This document shows, piece by piece, positions 8,244 through 15,430 of a DNA stretch of 24,000 bases; position 1 is the first letter of the stretch; every line of letters starts with the position of its first letter. A program made the position numbers and the translations under genes. Location: positions 86,158-110,157 of the forward strand of contig NZ_JACHCP010000012.1 in NCBI RefSeq assembly GCF_014207185.1, read 5' to 3'. The DNA comes from Rhodanobacter sp. A1T4. GTDB lineage: Bacteria; Pseudomonadota; Gammaproteobacteria; Xanthomonadales; Rhodanobacteraceae. The notes under the pieces are model-generated. The model saw nothing but the letters and a program-made list of their open reading frames with translations. It ran no database searches and had not been told where the DNA came from.

Positions 8244-8448
8244 CACATACTTTGGTTGTCAAAAGGCGCGCTGCGGCCTGCGCCACTGCAACCTAAGTGA
8301 TTGTTTCAATTAGACGCACACCTACTTTGGTTGTCGTTGGACAGCAAAGTATGTGCACGGCAAACCCAAACTACACACACTTTGGTTTCCATAAGTGCTC
8401 ACACATGGGTGTCATGCCCACTGGTTGGGCATGACAGCAATGTATGTG
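8244..8448. repeat. Cluster of a ~16-nt motif (CACATACTTTGGTTGTC and variants) in both orientations
   Basis: Plus-orientation copies:
- 8244-8260 CACATACTTTGGTTGTC
- 8317-8335 CACACCTACTTTGGTTGTC
- 8374-8390 CACACACTTTGGTTTCC
- 8400-8413 CACACATGGGTGTC (degenerate)

Inverted copies:
- 8340-8355 GACAGCAAAGTATGTG
- 8433-8448 GACAGCAATGTATGTG

Copies 8317-8335 and 8340-8355 face each other across 4 nt. Confidence 0.8.
8410..8436. repeat. Perfect 11-bp inverted repeat (TGTCATGCCCA ctggt TGGGCATGACA)
   Basis: Read directly from the sequence. The stem extends imperfectly outward to about 8400-8448, where it merges with two copies of the repeated motif. Confidence 0.85.
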
Positions 8449-8749
8449 CCTAGTTGTACAAACAATTGGTACCCTATCTATCCGTTCCCGCTCATCGACC
8501 ATTATCTCGTGCAAGGGCGATCCCGAGCTCGCGACAAGCTATGGACCGAGGTCGAGTCCCGTCAGGGAGCCCGCGACGATAGACTGGTTTGGCACATTCA
8601 TGCTGCGCCCCGGTTTTCAAAAGCAGTACGGCGTACACAACAGCCAGTTATGCGTGATGCTGTCAGAAGGTCTTGGTCATTAATAAGAAGTGACCTCGAA
8701 GGGTCAGCTACTGATCTTCGCCCCGGCAACGGCCATACGACCCTTCAGA

Positions 8750-9430
8750 TCAGCGGCCGCGTGGTGAGTCAATACCTCTGAGGATGAGATCGATCCCGGC
8801 GAGAAAATCCATGCGGTCGTCGTGAGCGCGCAACTGTCCGGCTACGCTGCGAGTGAACGGATACTCATTCGGATCGAGCTGAGACCACACGGTCGACACC
8901 TCGTCTAGAAAGTTGGATCTGTCGAGGCCTTGCTCCCGAGCGAAGTGCGTGTTCGCCGCGTTCTGTCCACCGACGCCAAGGATGTAGCTCAGCAACGCGG
9001 ACACCGTCGCCCACTGTTCTTCGTCCGGCACGCCAAGAGCGCGCAACTGCTGGCCGATGCGTTCGAGGACGCGCACCAGCGGCAACTGCCCGGGAGCGCG
9101 TGTCAGCGCTGAACCAACCCATGGATGCGCGTCGATCGTGTCGAACATGGCCAGCGCGAGCGCGCGAATGGTTGCTTTCGGCGTCGCATCGGCCACAGGC
9201 GCGTTCATCGTGCAAGCGACGATGGCGTCACAGGCGGCGGTCAGCAATTCGCTCTTGTTGGCAATGTGCCAATAAATAGCACCAGGACCGGTGGCGAGCC
9301 GTTCGGACAAGGCGCGGAATGTCAGCCCGCTTTCTCCGCTGCTGTCCAGGAGCGCGATCGACGCCTCAATGATGCGATCCCGTGAGAGCGATTCTTCACG
9401 TCGTTGGCTGCTTCGTGCTTTTTTGACCAT
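8750..9430 (-). CDS. TetR/AcrR family transcriptional regulator
   Basis: 226-aa ORF. I retranslated it codon by codon for aa 1-203 and for the C-terminus, and both matched the track. The N-terminal HTH is typical of TetR (RDRIIEASIALLDSSGESGLTFRALSERLATGPGAIYWHIANKSELL). It is divergent from the monooxygenase gene. Confidence 0.9.
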   Translation of the reverse strand: MVKKARSSQRREESLSRDRIIEASIALLDSSGESGLTFRALSERLATGPGAIYWHIANKSELLTAACDAIVACTMNAPVADATPKATIRALALAMFDTIDAHPWVGSALTRAPGQLPLVRVLERIGQQLRALGVPDEEQWATVSALLSYILGVGGQNAANTHFAREQGLDRSNFLDEVSTVWSQLDPNEYPFTRSVAGQLRAHDDRMDFLAGIDLILRGIDSPRGR

Positions 9431-9448
9431 GCCTCATCTTGACATAGA

Positions 9449-9485
9449 TGGAATGCCGTTCCAATATAATGGAATGATGTTCCAT
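9449..9485. promoter_or_regulatory. Two palindromic operator-like sites sharing TGGAA/TTCCA half-sites in the tetR-monooxygenase intergenic region
   Basis: Site 1 is 9449-9463 (TGGAATGCCGTTCCA). Site 2 is 9469-9485 (ATGGAATGATGTTCCAT). They flank or overlap TATAAT (9465-9470). TTGACA lies at 9439-9444, but the 20-nt spacer is long for a sigma70 promoter, so the promoter assignment is tentative. Confidence 0.6.
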
Positions 9486-9535
9486 AGCTGCCTGCTGAGT
9501 TTGCGGCGGCGACCTCAAACAACGAAGGAATCAGG

Positions 9536-10669
9536 ATGAATATTCCAATCGCGATCATCGGCGCCGGGCTCGGCGGCCTGACTCTTGCCCGAGTCCTCCA
9601 CGTCCACGGCATTGCCGCGACGATCTACGAAGCGGAAGCCTCGGCGAACGCACGAGCGCAGGGGGGCATGCTCGATATCCACGAAAACAACGGGCAGCTC
9701 GCGCTTAAGGCAGCGGGACTCTTCGATCAATTCCTCGAGATCATCCACGCCGGCGGCCAGGCAACGCGAGTACTCGACAAGGACGGCAATGTCCTGTTTG
9801 AAGATTCCGACGACGGCATAGGCGGTCGACCTGAGGTACCCCGAGGAGAGCTTCGTCGGATTCTGCTTGAATCGCTTCCTGCCGACACGGTCCGCTGGGG
9901 ACACAAGGTCACAGCGGTGTCTCCGCTCGGCAGCGGACGGCACATGTTGGCCTTTGCTGACGGCTCAACAGTGACTACCGGCCTTCTTGTGGGTGCCGAT
10001 GGCGCTTGGTCGAGAGTTCGTCCCCTTCTTTCCGAGGCAATACCGGCTTACGTGGGCACGTCATTCATCGAGACGTACCTGTTTGACAGCGACGCCCGCC
10101 ACAAGGCAAGCGCGGAAGCGGTTGGCGGTGGCGCACTGTTTGCGCTGACGCCGGGGAAAGGCATCGCCGCGCACCGTGAACCCAATGGCGTACTGCACAC
10201 CTATGTGCAGTTGAGCAAGCCAAAGGACTGGATTGACGGCATCGACTTCTCCGACACGGAGGCTGCCTTGGCCAAGGTTGCCAAGGAGTTCGAGGGCTGG
10301 GCTCCGGAGCTGACAGCGCTCATCACCGACGGTGAGACTGATCCTGTGCCTCGCCCTATCTATGCGCTCCCGGTCGAGCACCGATGGGCCCGCGTGCCCG
10401 GGGTGACGTTGCTCGGTGATGCTGCGCACCTGATGATCCCGTCTGGCGAAGGGGCCAATCTCGCCATGTTCGACGGCGCTGAACTCGGGAAGGCCATCGC
10501 CACCAACCCCGGTGATGTTGAAGTCGCGCTCGTCACGTATGAAAAGGACCTCTTTCCCCGCAGCGCGTCCGAGGCGGCGGAGGCGGAAGTGATCCTCAAG
10601 CTGTGTCTCGGCTCCAACGCGCCTCATAGCCTGGTCGACATGTTCAGCAGCCACCAGCCCACAAAGTAA
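9536..10669 (+). CDS. FAD-dependent monooxygenase, Tet(X)-like (class A flavoprotein)
   Basis: 377 aa. Motifs seen: GxGxxG (IAIIGAGLGGLTLA), a DG motif (GADGAWSRVR) and GDAAH (LLGDAAHLMIPSGEGAN). From recalled Tet(X) sequence, several blocks align:
- ARAQGGMLDIHENNGQLALKAAGL vs [24 protein letters not shown]
- RPEVPRGELRRILLESLPADTV vs [22 protein letters not shown]. Confidence 0.85.
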   Translation: MNIPIAIIGAGLGGLTLARVLHVHGIAATIYEAEASANARAQGGMLDIHENNGQLALKAAGLFDQFLEIIHAGGQATRVLDKDGNVLFEDSDDGIGGRPEVPRGELRRILLESLPADTVRWGHKVTAVSPLGSGRHMLAFADGSTVTTGLLVGADGAWSRVRPLLSEAIPAYVGTSFIETYLFDSDARHKASAEAVGGGALFALTPGKGIAAHREPNGVLHTYVQLSKPKDWIDGIDFSDTEAALAKVAKEFEGWAPELTALITDGETDPVPRPIYALPVEHRWARVPGVTLLGDAAHLMIPSGEGANLAMFDGAELGKAIATNPGDVEVALVTYEKDLFPRSASEAAEAEVILKLCLGSNAPHSLVDMFSSHQPTK

Positions 10670-10750
10670 TCGACTCATACACCAGCAGATCGTGCCTCTT
10701 GGCGAGCCGGAGGGCAACTCCCACACCGGCCATTTCGGAGGTAACATCCT

Positions 10751-10852
10751 ATGACGTCAGAACCCCTTGGAGTTGGCATTATCGGCCTGCAGCCTGGCTG
10801 GAGCTGGGCAGCCGAAGCCCCTGCGCCTGGTGTTTGCCGGGGAAGGAAGTGA
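10751..10852 (+). pseudogene. N-terminal remnant of a Gfo/Idh/MocA-type oxidoreductase gene
   Basis: A GGAGG SD (10737-10741) sits 9 nt before ATG 10751. The translation MTSEPLGVGIIGLQPGWSWAAEA matches the Rossmann N-terminus I recall for this family (GVGIIGL-PG-SWAA). The frame stops after 33 codons, and only ~420 nt remain before the next gene. Confidence 0.4.
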
Positions 10853-11116
10853 GACCGCTCGCGCGTGGCGATCTTTGTCGGCTTGAGCGCCCGGCCTGCA
10901 TCCGTCGCCATCTAGATCTATCTGAACATCCAAAAGACATTCCCCCTCCTTCTTGGCTCCCAGACGATTGTCTTCGGCTGAGTCGATGGCGATTGGTAGG
11001 CGTTCGTTGGCGAAGTGCTGATGCAATAGCTGTTGAAGCTTCGCAGGAATTCTGTCGATACAGGGATCAGCCAGAACGATATTCGGTGCGGCAAAAAACG
11101 ATATCGCATGGAGCAA
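10757..11116 (-). CDS. possible small secreted protein, possibly degraded
   Basis: Track ORF with a TTG start. The in-frame upstream codons read ATA-AAA-TTT, and GIKFLLHAISFFAAPNIVLADP looks like a signal peptide whose ATG may have mutated to ATA. The N-terminal two thirds are protein-like (..CLLDVQIDLDGDG). The last ~45 codons are low complexity and overlap the oxidoreductase remnant. Confidence 0.3.
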   Translation of the reverse strand: MLHAISFFAAPNIVLADPCIDRIPAKLQQLLHQHFANERLPIAIDSAEDNRLGAKKEGECLLDVQIDLDGDGCRPGAQADKDRHARAVSLPSPANTRRRGFGCPAPARLQADNANSKGF

Positions 11117-11273
11117 AAATTTTATGCCTCACCCTTCTTGAGATGCCGACTTCGAAACAGTTCGCTGCGAGCTTTCATGTCTGCCGCCATCGATAGCAGT
11201 CATTGCCAGCTTGTCGAGCTGTCATCGCGTTCGCATGGACTCGAATCTACCGATCATGTGCTTTAGCTTCCGA

Positions 11274-12272
11274 TCATTTAACGTTGTCATCCGCATCTGA
11301 TTGGCGCCATTGCATGGGTGACATGCCGTGCTGGCTCTTGAACGCGCGACTGAACGCAGCTTGCGATGTATAGCCGACGCGGGCTCCAATGTCCGAGATC
11401 GACGCTCGACCATAGCGCATCAATTCGGCCGCGCGAGCCATCCGCCACCCGGTCAAATAGGCCAGCGGCGTCTGACCAACAACTCGTTGGAAACGCTCCG
11501 CGAAAGCCGAGCGGGACAGATGGGTAAGCTCGGCCAGCTCGGTGACACTCCAGGCATGGCCAGGCTCAGCATGCATGGCAACGATGGCGCCGCTTATACG
11601 CGAATCGATCGCGCCTGAAAGCCAGCCGTAACCCACCTCGCCACCGGCCGCCCACGTGCGTAGCAATTGCACGAAGATCACATCAAGCAGTCTGGAGATC
11701 ATCGCTGCTGCGCCAGCGCGAGGATTGAGCGCTTCGTCAAGAATAAAGTGGCAACTTAGCTCCAGCCATTCAAACGGACGATCTCGCAGTCCCTTCAGAA
11801 TAATCACCGGCGGAAGTATCGACAGTAGGCGCCGCGACAGCATGCCGTCGAAGCCAAAGTCACCGCATAGCCAGACCGTCTCCCCGCTGCCAAGCGCCAG
11901 CCGCGTTTCATCATAGTCCCGCTTCGCCAGATCATACAAACCGTCTGCCTCACGACCAGGCTGATCCGAGATCACGTGGCCGTGGCCATGCGTGAACAGG
12001 ACCAAGTCACCTTGGGCCGCCCGATAGGTCTGTTCGATGCCCTCTGCAGCAATCGCGATACTTCCGCTACGCACGATGTGCAGTCGATGCTTTCCGGATG
12101 GATAACGGATGCCGAAAGGTGCCGAAGCTGCGCATGTAAACACCGTGTTGCCACGCACGCGCATCAATTCAAGTACGTCGGATAGGGCATCGCGTTTGAA
12201 CGCAAACGGATCGTTTACCTGATCGTCCTGTCCAACCGGTGTTTGAGCATAAAATTCCGGCTTCTTCGTCAT
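11274..12272 (-). CDS. AraC family transcriptional regulator with N-terminal cupin-like domain
   Basis: 332 aa. The C-terminal double HTH is typical of AraC/XylS (WSVTELAELTHLSRSAFAERFQRVVGQTPLAYLTGWRMARAAELM...ISDIGARVGYTSQAAFSRAFKSQHGMSP). Confidence 0.9.
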   Translation of the reverse strand: MTKKPEFYAQTPVGQDDQVNDPFAFKRDALSDVLELMRVRGNTVFTCAASAPFGIRYPSGKHRLHIVRSGSIAIAAEGIEQTYRAAQGDLVLFTHGHGHVISDQPGREADGLYDLAKRDYDETRLALGSGETVWLCGDFGFDGMLSRRLLSILPPVIILKGLRDRPFEWLELSCHFILDEALNPRAGAAAMISRLLDVIFVQLLRTWAAGGEVGYGWLSGAIDSRISGAIVAMHAEPGHAWSVTELAELTHLSRSAFAERFQRVVGQTPLAYLTGWRMARAAELMRYGRASISDIGARVGYTSQAAFSRAFKSQHGMSPMQWRQSDADDNVK

Positions 12273-12329
12273 GCGTCAGCGTCCGTCCAACCCCTAGGAT
12301 GAACATATCGTTTGCATGGAGGGGCTGCA

Positions 12330-13109
12330 ATGTCAAAGACCATTATGCTGATCCACGGCGCGTGGGTGACCACCGCGAGCTGGACCCATTTTCGGTGTCT
12401 GTACGAAGAACAAGGTTATCGCGTGGTGGTGCCAGCATGGCCATACCTTGACCAATCGGTCGAATATCTTCGTCAACAACCGGATCCGCGCCTGGCCGAT
12501 ATCACCATTCGCGATCTGGTCGATTACTTCGAGCAGCAGATTCGTGCCCTGCCCGAACCGCCGATCCTGATGGGCCATTCGTTTGGTGGACTGATCGTGC
12601 AAATGCTGCTCGATCGAGGATTGGGTGCTGTGGGTGTGGCGATCGATGCCGGCCCGCCGCGTGGTGTGTTGCCTAGCTTCACGGCGATCAAGGCGGCGTT
12701 GCCTGTTTTGCTGGCGTGGTGCGGCTGGAGCCGCATCCTGACGATGTCATTCGACAGCTTCGCGAATACTTTCGCCAATACCTTGGCAACGGACGAGCAG
12801 CGTCGGACCTACGACAAGCAGATCGTCCCGGCGCCAGGGCGCATCTACTTTCAGGCAGCACTGGGTATCGGTAATGCCGTCCATTTCAATAACCCCAAGC
12901 GCCCCCCACTCCTGCTGATCGCAGCTGAGAAGGATCGCACCAGCACACCATCAATGGTGCGAGCCATGTATAGCAAGCACAGCCTTGCCCCCAGTCGCAC
13001 GGACATCATGGAATTCCCGAATCGCAGCCATTGGTTGATCGCCGAGTCGGGTTGGGAAGAAGTTGCCAGCAAAACGCTCGCTTGGGCACAGACCAACGCG
13101 AAAAAGTAA
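12330..13109 (+). CDS. alpha/beta hydrolase
   Basis: I moved the start to ATG 12330, which has a GGAGGGG SD 5 nt upstream. The track start is TTG 12312. Evidence for the fold is IMLIHGAWV plus the nucleophile elbow GHSFGG. It is divergent from the AraC gene. Confidence 0.85.
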   Translation: MSKTIMLIHGAWVTTASWTHFRCLYEEQGYRVVVPAWPYLDQSVEYLRQQPDPRLADITIRDLVDYFEQQIRALPEPPILMGHSFGGLIVQMLLDRGLGAVGVAIDAGPPRGVLPSFTAIKAALPVLLAWCGWSRILTMSFDSFANTFANTLATDEQRRTYDKQIVPAPGRIYFQAALGIGNAVHFNNPKRPPLLLIAAEKDRTSTPSMVRAMYSKHSLAPSRTDIMEFPNRSHWLIAESGWEEVASKTLAWAQTNAKK

Positions 13110-13245
13110 ATTCTCCATACTCCATCTAAAAACAGACTCTAGCGTGATTTGGCATATGCGCGCTTTGCCAAAGCGCGCATTACACAACGACACTACGTCG
13201 TCACGGTCTCACGCCCACGATCCTATCTCCCTTGAAGTTGGAGAG

Positions 13246-13770
13246 ATGCTGGTGCAGATGACCAACAAGATATTTGGAACCCTTGCGACGGTCGGCGCTC
13301 TGGTGCTCAGCCCCTTGGCGATGGCGCAGACAGGTACAGATGCAGCCGCTCCGTCGAAGCAAGACACCATGTTTGTCGCCAAAGCATCGGCAGGCGGCAT
13401 GACGGAAATCCAGGCAAGCAAATTGGCTGACTCCCATACGCAGTCCACCACAATCAAGAGCTTCGCCTCGACGATGGTGACCGATCACACAAAAGCTGGC
13501 GACATGCTGTCCTCCATCGCTCAGAAGGACGGATTCACGCCATCCGCTGCCCCGATGCCGATGCAACAAAAGGAGCTGTCGCAGCTCGGAAAGCTGAATG
13601 GCGCGGCGTTCGATAAAGCCTATACGGCGATGATGTTGAAGGATCATCGCGAGGCAATTGCGCTCTTCAAGAAAGAGTCCATGGCGGGTAAGAACCACGA
13701 CCTGAAGTCATTTGCATCGCAGACATTGCCCGCACTCCAGCAGCATATGACAATGGCAAAAGAGCTCTGA
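13246..13770 (+). CDS. DUF4142 domain secreted protein
   Basis: The signal peptide is MTNKIFGTLATVGALVLSPLAMAQ. The start is ATG 13246 or 13258. The duplicated DUF4142 pattern is present (DTMFVAKASAGGMTEIQASKLA...MVTDH and FDKAYTAMMLKDHREAI). The longer track ORF from 13063 is not protein-like. Confidence 0.8.
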   Translation: MLVQMTNKIFGTLATVGALVLSPLAMAQTGTDAAAPSKQDTMFVAKASAGGMTEIQASKLADSHTQSTTIKSFASTMVTDHTKAGDMLSSIAQKDGFTPSAAPMPMQQKELSQLGKLNGAAFDKAYTAMMLKDHREAIALFKKESMAGKNHDLKSFASQTLPALQQHMTMAKEL

Positions 13771-13819
13771 CTGCCCCAAGCCGTGATTGCGACAAGTGAT
13801 TGGATCTGAGGGTAACAAG

Positions 13820-13848
13820 GCACCAAGCAGAAGTGCTTGGTGCTTTTC
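13820..13848 (+). terminator. Rho-independent terminator
   Basis: Perfect 10-bp stem GCACCAAGCA / TGCTTGGTGC with a GAAG loop, followed by TTTTC. It lies 50 nt after the DUF4142 stop. Confidence 0.8.
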
Positions 13849-14032
13849 TATCGAGAAAATTCCTGTGGCGTTTCCCGTCTGTTACTGCATGGAGATAGCG
13901 CAATAGAGGAACCTCGGATGCTCTATTTGGCGGACGTCATCGTGCCCACGGCCGGCATCGCGCCAGTGACGTGTGCACGTCGCTTGCATGCCTGACAAGT
14001 AACCATCCGTCGACCTGGATAGGATCGCCAAA

Positions 14033-14281
14033 ATGCTGCCAAAAATAGAGATCTACGAAGCGATCGAGATTCGATATGGTTACTCGATCCAGGATGACCT
14101 CTATCACGCTCACTTTGATCTTCCGGCTGATAGACACGTCCAGAAAAGTTTGCAGAGCGAAAGCCACTCCACGATGCCAGTGGCAAGTTCGATGCCTGGA
14201 AAATTTCATATACATGGGCCGGTCGAAGGTGAACTACTCGATCGCGCGCGAACACAGATCGATACTTTTCTTGGAAAATAG
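14033..14281 (+). CDS. possible small acidic protein (82 aa), unknown function
   Basis: This is the only protein-like ORF in the 13.85-14.33 kb gap. By hand count, third-position GC is about 48 percent, far below the flanking genes. It is therefore either foreign or non-coding. Confidence 0.3.
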   Translation: MLPKIEIYEAIEIRYGYSIQDDLYHAHFDLPADRHVQKSLQSESHSTMPVASSMPGKFHIHGPVEGELLDRARTQIDTFLGK

Positions 14282-14336
14282 CCAGGCACGCATCAAACGC
14301 TAGATCGTCAGCGCCCCCACCTACTGGAGAATCTTT

Positions 14337-15368
14337 GTGACCTATCAAGCAGCACCGAATCGCTACGATGACCTTATGCCCTATCGCCGTTGCGGCAGGA
14401 GTGGCATCGACCTTCCGGCCATTTCGCTAGGACTGTGGCAGAACTTCGGCGGCGCGGACGTTTTCGAGACGGGTCGTGCCATCCTGCGACGCGCTTTCGA
14501 TCGCGGCGTCACCCACTTTGATCTCGCGAACAACTACGGCCCGCCATACGGCTCGGCCGAGGAAAACTTCGGTCGCGTGATGGCCAGCGACTTCGCGGCG
14601 TATCGCGACGAGTTGATCATCTCCAGCAAGGCCGGCTGGGACATGTGGCCGGGTCCTTATGGTGGCATCGGCGGCAGCCGGAAGTACCTGATCGCGAGTC
14701 TCGACCAATCGCTCAAGCGCATGGGTCTTGACTACGTCGACATCTTCTATTCGCATCGCGTCGATCCGACCACGCCACTGGAAGAAACCATGGGCGCGCT
14801 CGCGCATCTGCATCGCCAGGGCAAAGCCCTTTACATCGGCATCTCCAGCTATTCACCCGAACTCACCCGCAAGGCGGCGGCGATCCTTGCCGAAGAACGC
14901 GTACCGCTCTTCATCCACCAGCCCAACTACTCCATGTTCAACCGCTGGATCGAAGACGGTCTGCTCGATACGCTCGAGGACCTTGGCACCGGCTGCATCG
15001 CATTTTCACCGCTCGCCCAGGGCCTGCTCACGTCGAAGTACCTCAAAGGGATCCCCGCTGATGCGCGCGCAACGCGCGAAGGCTCGTTAGGCAAGGACCA
15101 GCTGAGCGAGAAGAATCTTGAGCGTATCCGCGCACTCAACGCAATCGCCGAACGACGAGGCCAGACGCTGGCGCAGATGGCCATCGCGTGGGCGCTGCGT
15201 GATCCACGCGTAACTTCGGCACTTATAGGCGCGCGTACCATCGAGCAACTGGACAATTCACTGGACGCGGTCCATGCGCTCGACTTCACTGCTGAAGAAC
15301 TGGCCGAAATTGAAAAGTACGCAACCGATGGCGGCACGGATCTTTGGAAAAAGTCGGCGGAACTTTGA
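14337..15368 (+). CDS. gpr: L-glyceraldehyde 3-phosphate reductase (aldo/keto reductase, YghZ/Gpr type)
   Basis: GTG start with a GGAGAA SD. The sequence is near-collinear with recalled E. coli YghZ:
- YRRCGRSGIDLPAISLGLWQNFG
- THFDLANNYGPPYGSAEENFGR
- FAAYRDELIISSKAGWDMWPGPYG
- GGSRKYLIASLDQSLKRMGLDYVDIFYSHR. Confidence 0.9.
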   Translation: MTYQAAPNRYDDLMPYRRCGRSGIDLPAISLGLWQNFGGADVFETGRAILRRAFDRGVTHFDLANNYGPPYGSAEENFGRVMASDFAAYRDELIISSKAGWDMWPGPYGGIGGSRKYLIASLDQSLKRMGLDYVDIFYSHRVDPTTPLEETMGALAHLHRQGKALYIGISSYSPELTRKAAAILAEERVPLFIHQPNYSMFNRWIEDGLLDTLEDLGTGCIAFSPLAQGLLTSKYLKGIPADARATREGSLGKDQLSEKNLERIRALNAIAERRGQTLAQMAIAWALRDPRVTSALIGARTIEQLDNSLDAVHALDFTAEELAEIEKYATDGGTDLWKKSAEL

Positions 15369-15375
15369 TATCCAT

Positions 15376-15415
15376 GCCGCCCTTTGCCGCGCGCAGCAGC
15401 TCGGCAAAGGGCGGC
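15376..15415. terminator. Hairpin between convergent gpr and cusA, possibly a bidirectional terminator
   Basis: Perfect 14-bp inverted repeat GCCGCCCTTTGCCG (15376-15389) / CGGCAAAGGGCGGC (15402-15415) with a 12-nt loop. There is no U-tract on either side. Confidence 0.5.
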
Positions 15416-15430
15416 CAGTCGGCCAGCAGA

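Noticed and set aside
8409-8421. The 13-mer GTGTCATGCCCAC in the repeat cluster recurs at 21868-21880, upstream of the cyclophilin gene.
   Set aside because: Several exact 13-mer coincidences are expected by chance in 24 kb when both strands are considered. The flanking bases diverge immediately.
8244-8448. Possibility that the repeat cluster is a CRISPR array.
   Set aside because: The copies are short (~16 nt), diverged, irregularly spaced and in both orientations. No cas genes are present in the window.
8543-8571. GGACCGAGGTCGAGTCCCGTCAGGGAGCC resembles the T-arm and acceptor 3' end of a tRNA or tmRNA (compare GGTTCGAGTCC). It could be an att-site remnant at the island edge.
   Set aside because: The putative T-stem halves (CGAGG / CCCGT) do not pair. 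No matching 5' acceptor strand, D-arm or anticodon arm can be folded on either strand. No second copy is visible in the window. At most it is a decayed fragment, and it would need tRNAscan, ARAGORN and the left island end to revisit.
8395-8781. Track ORFs 8395..8781 (128 aa) and 8444..8683 (79 aa) in the island-edge gap.
   Set aside because: The translations are not protein-like. They start inside the repeat and hairpin cluster, have no SD, and the first runs antisense into the tetR 3' end.
13923-14348. Minus-strand ORFs of 141 aa and 92 aa overlapping the 14033..14281 ORF and the gpr start.
   Set aside because: Both have arbitrary R/S/H-rich composition and no SD. The 141-aa ORF would overlap the well-supported gpr start.
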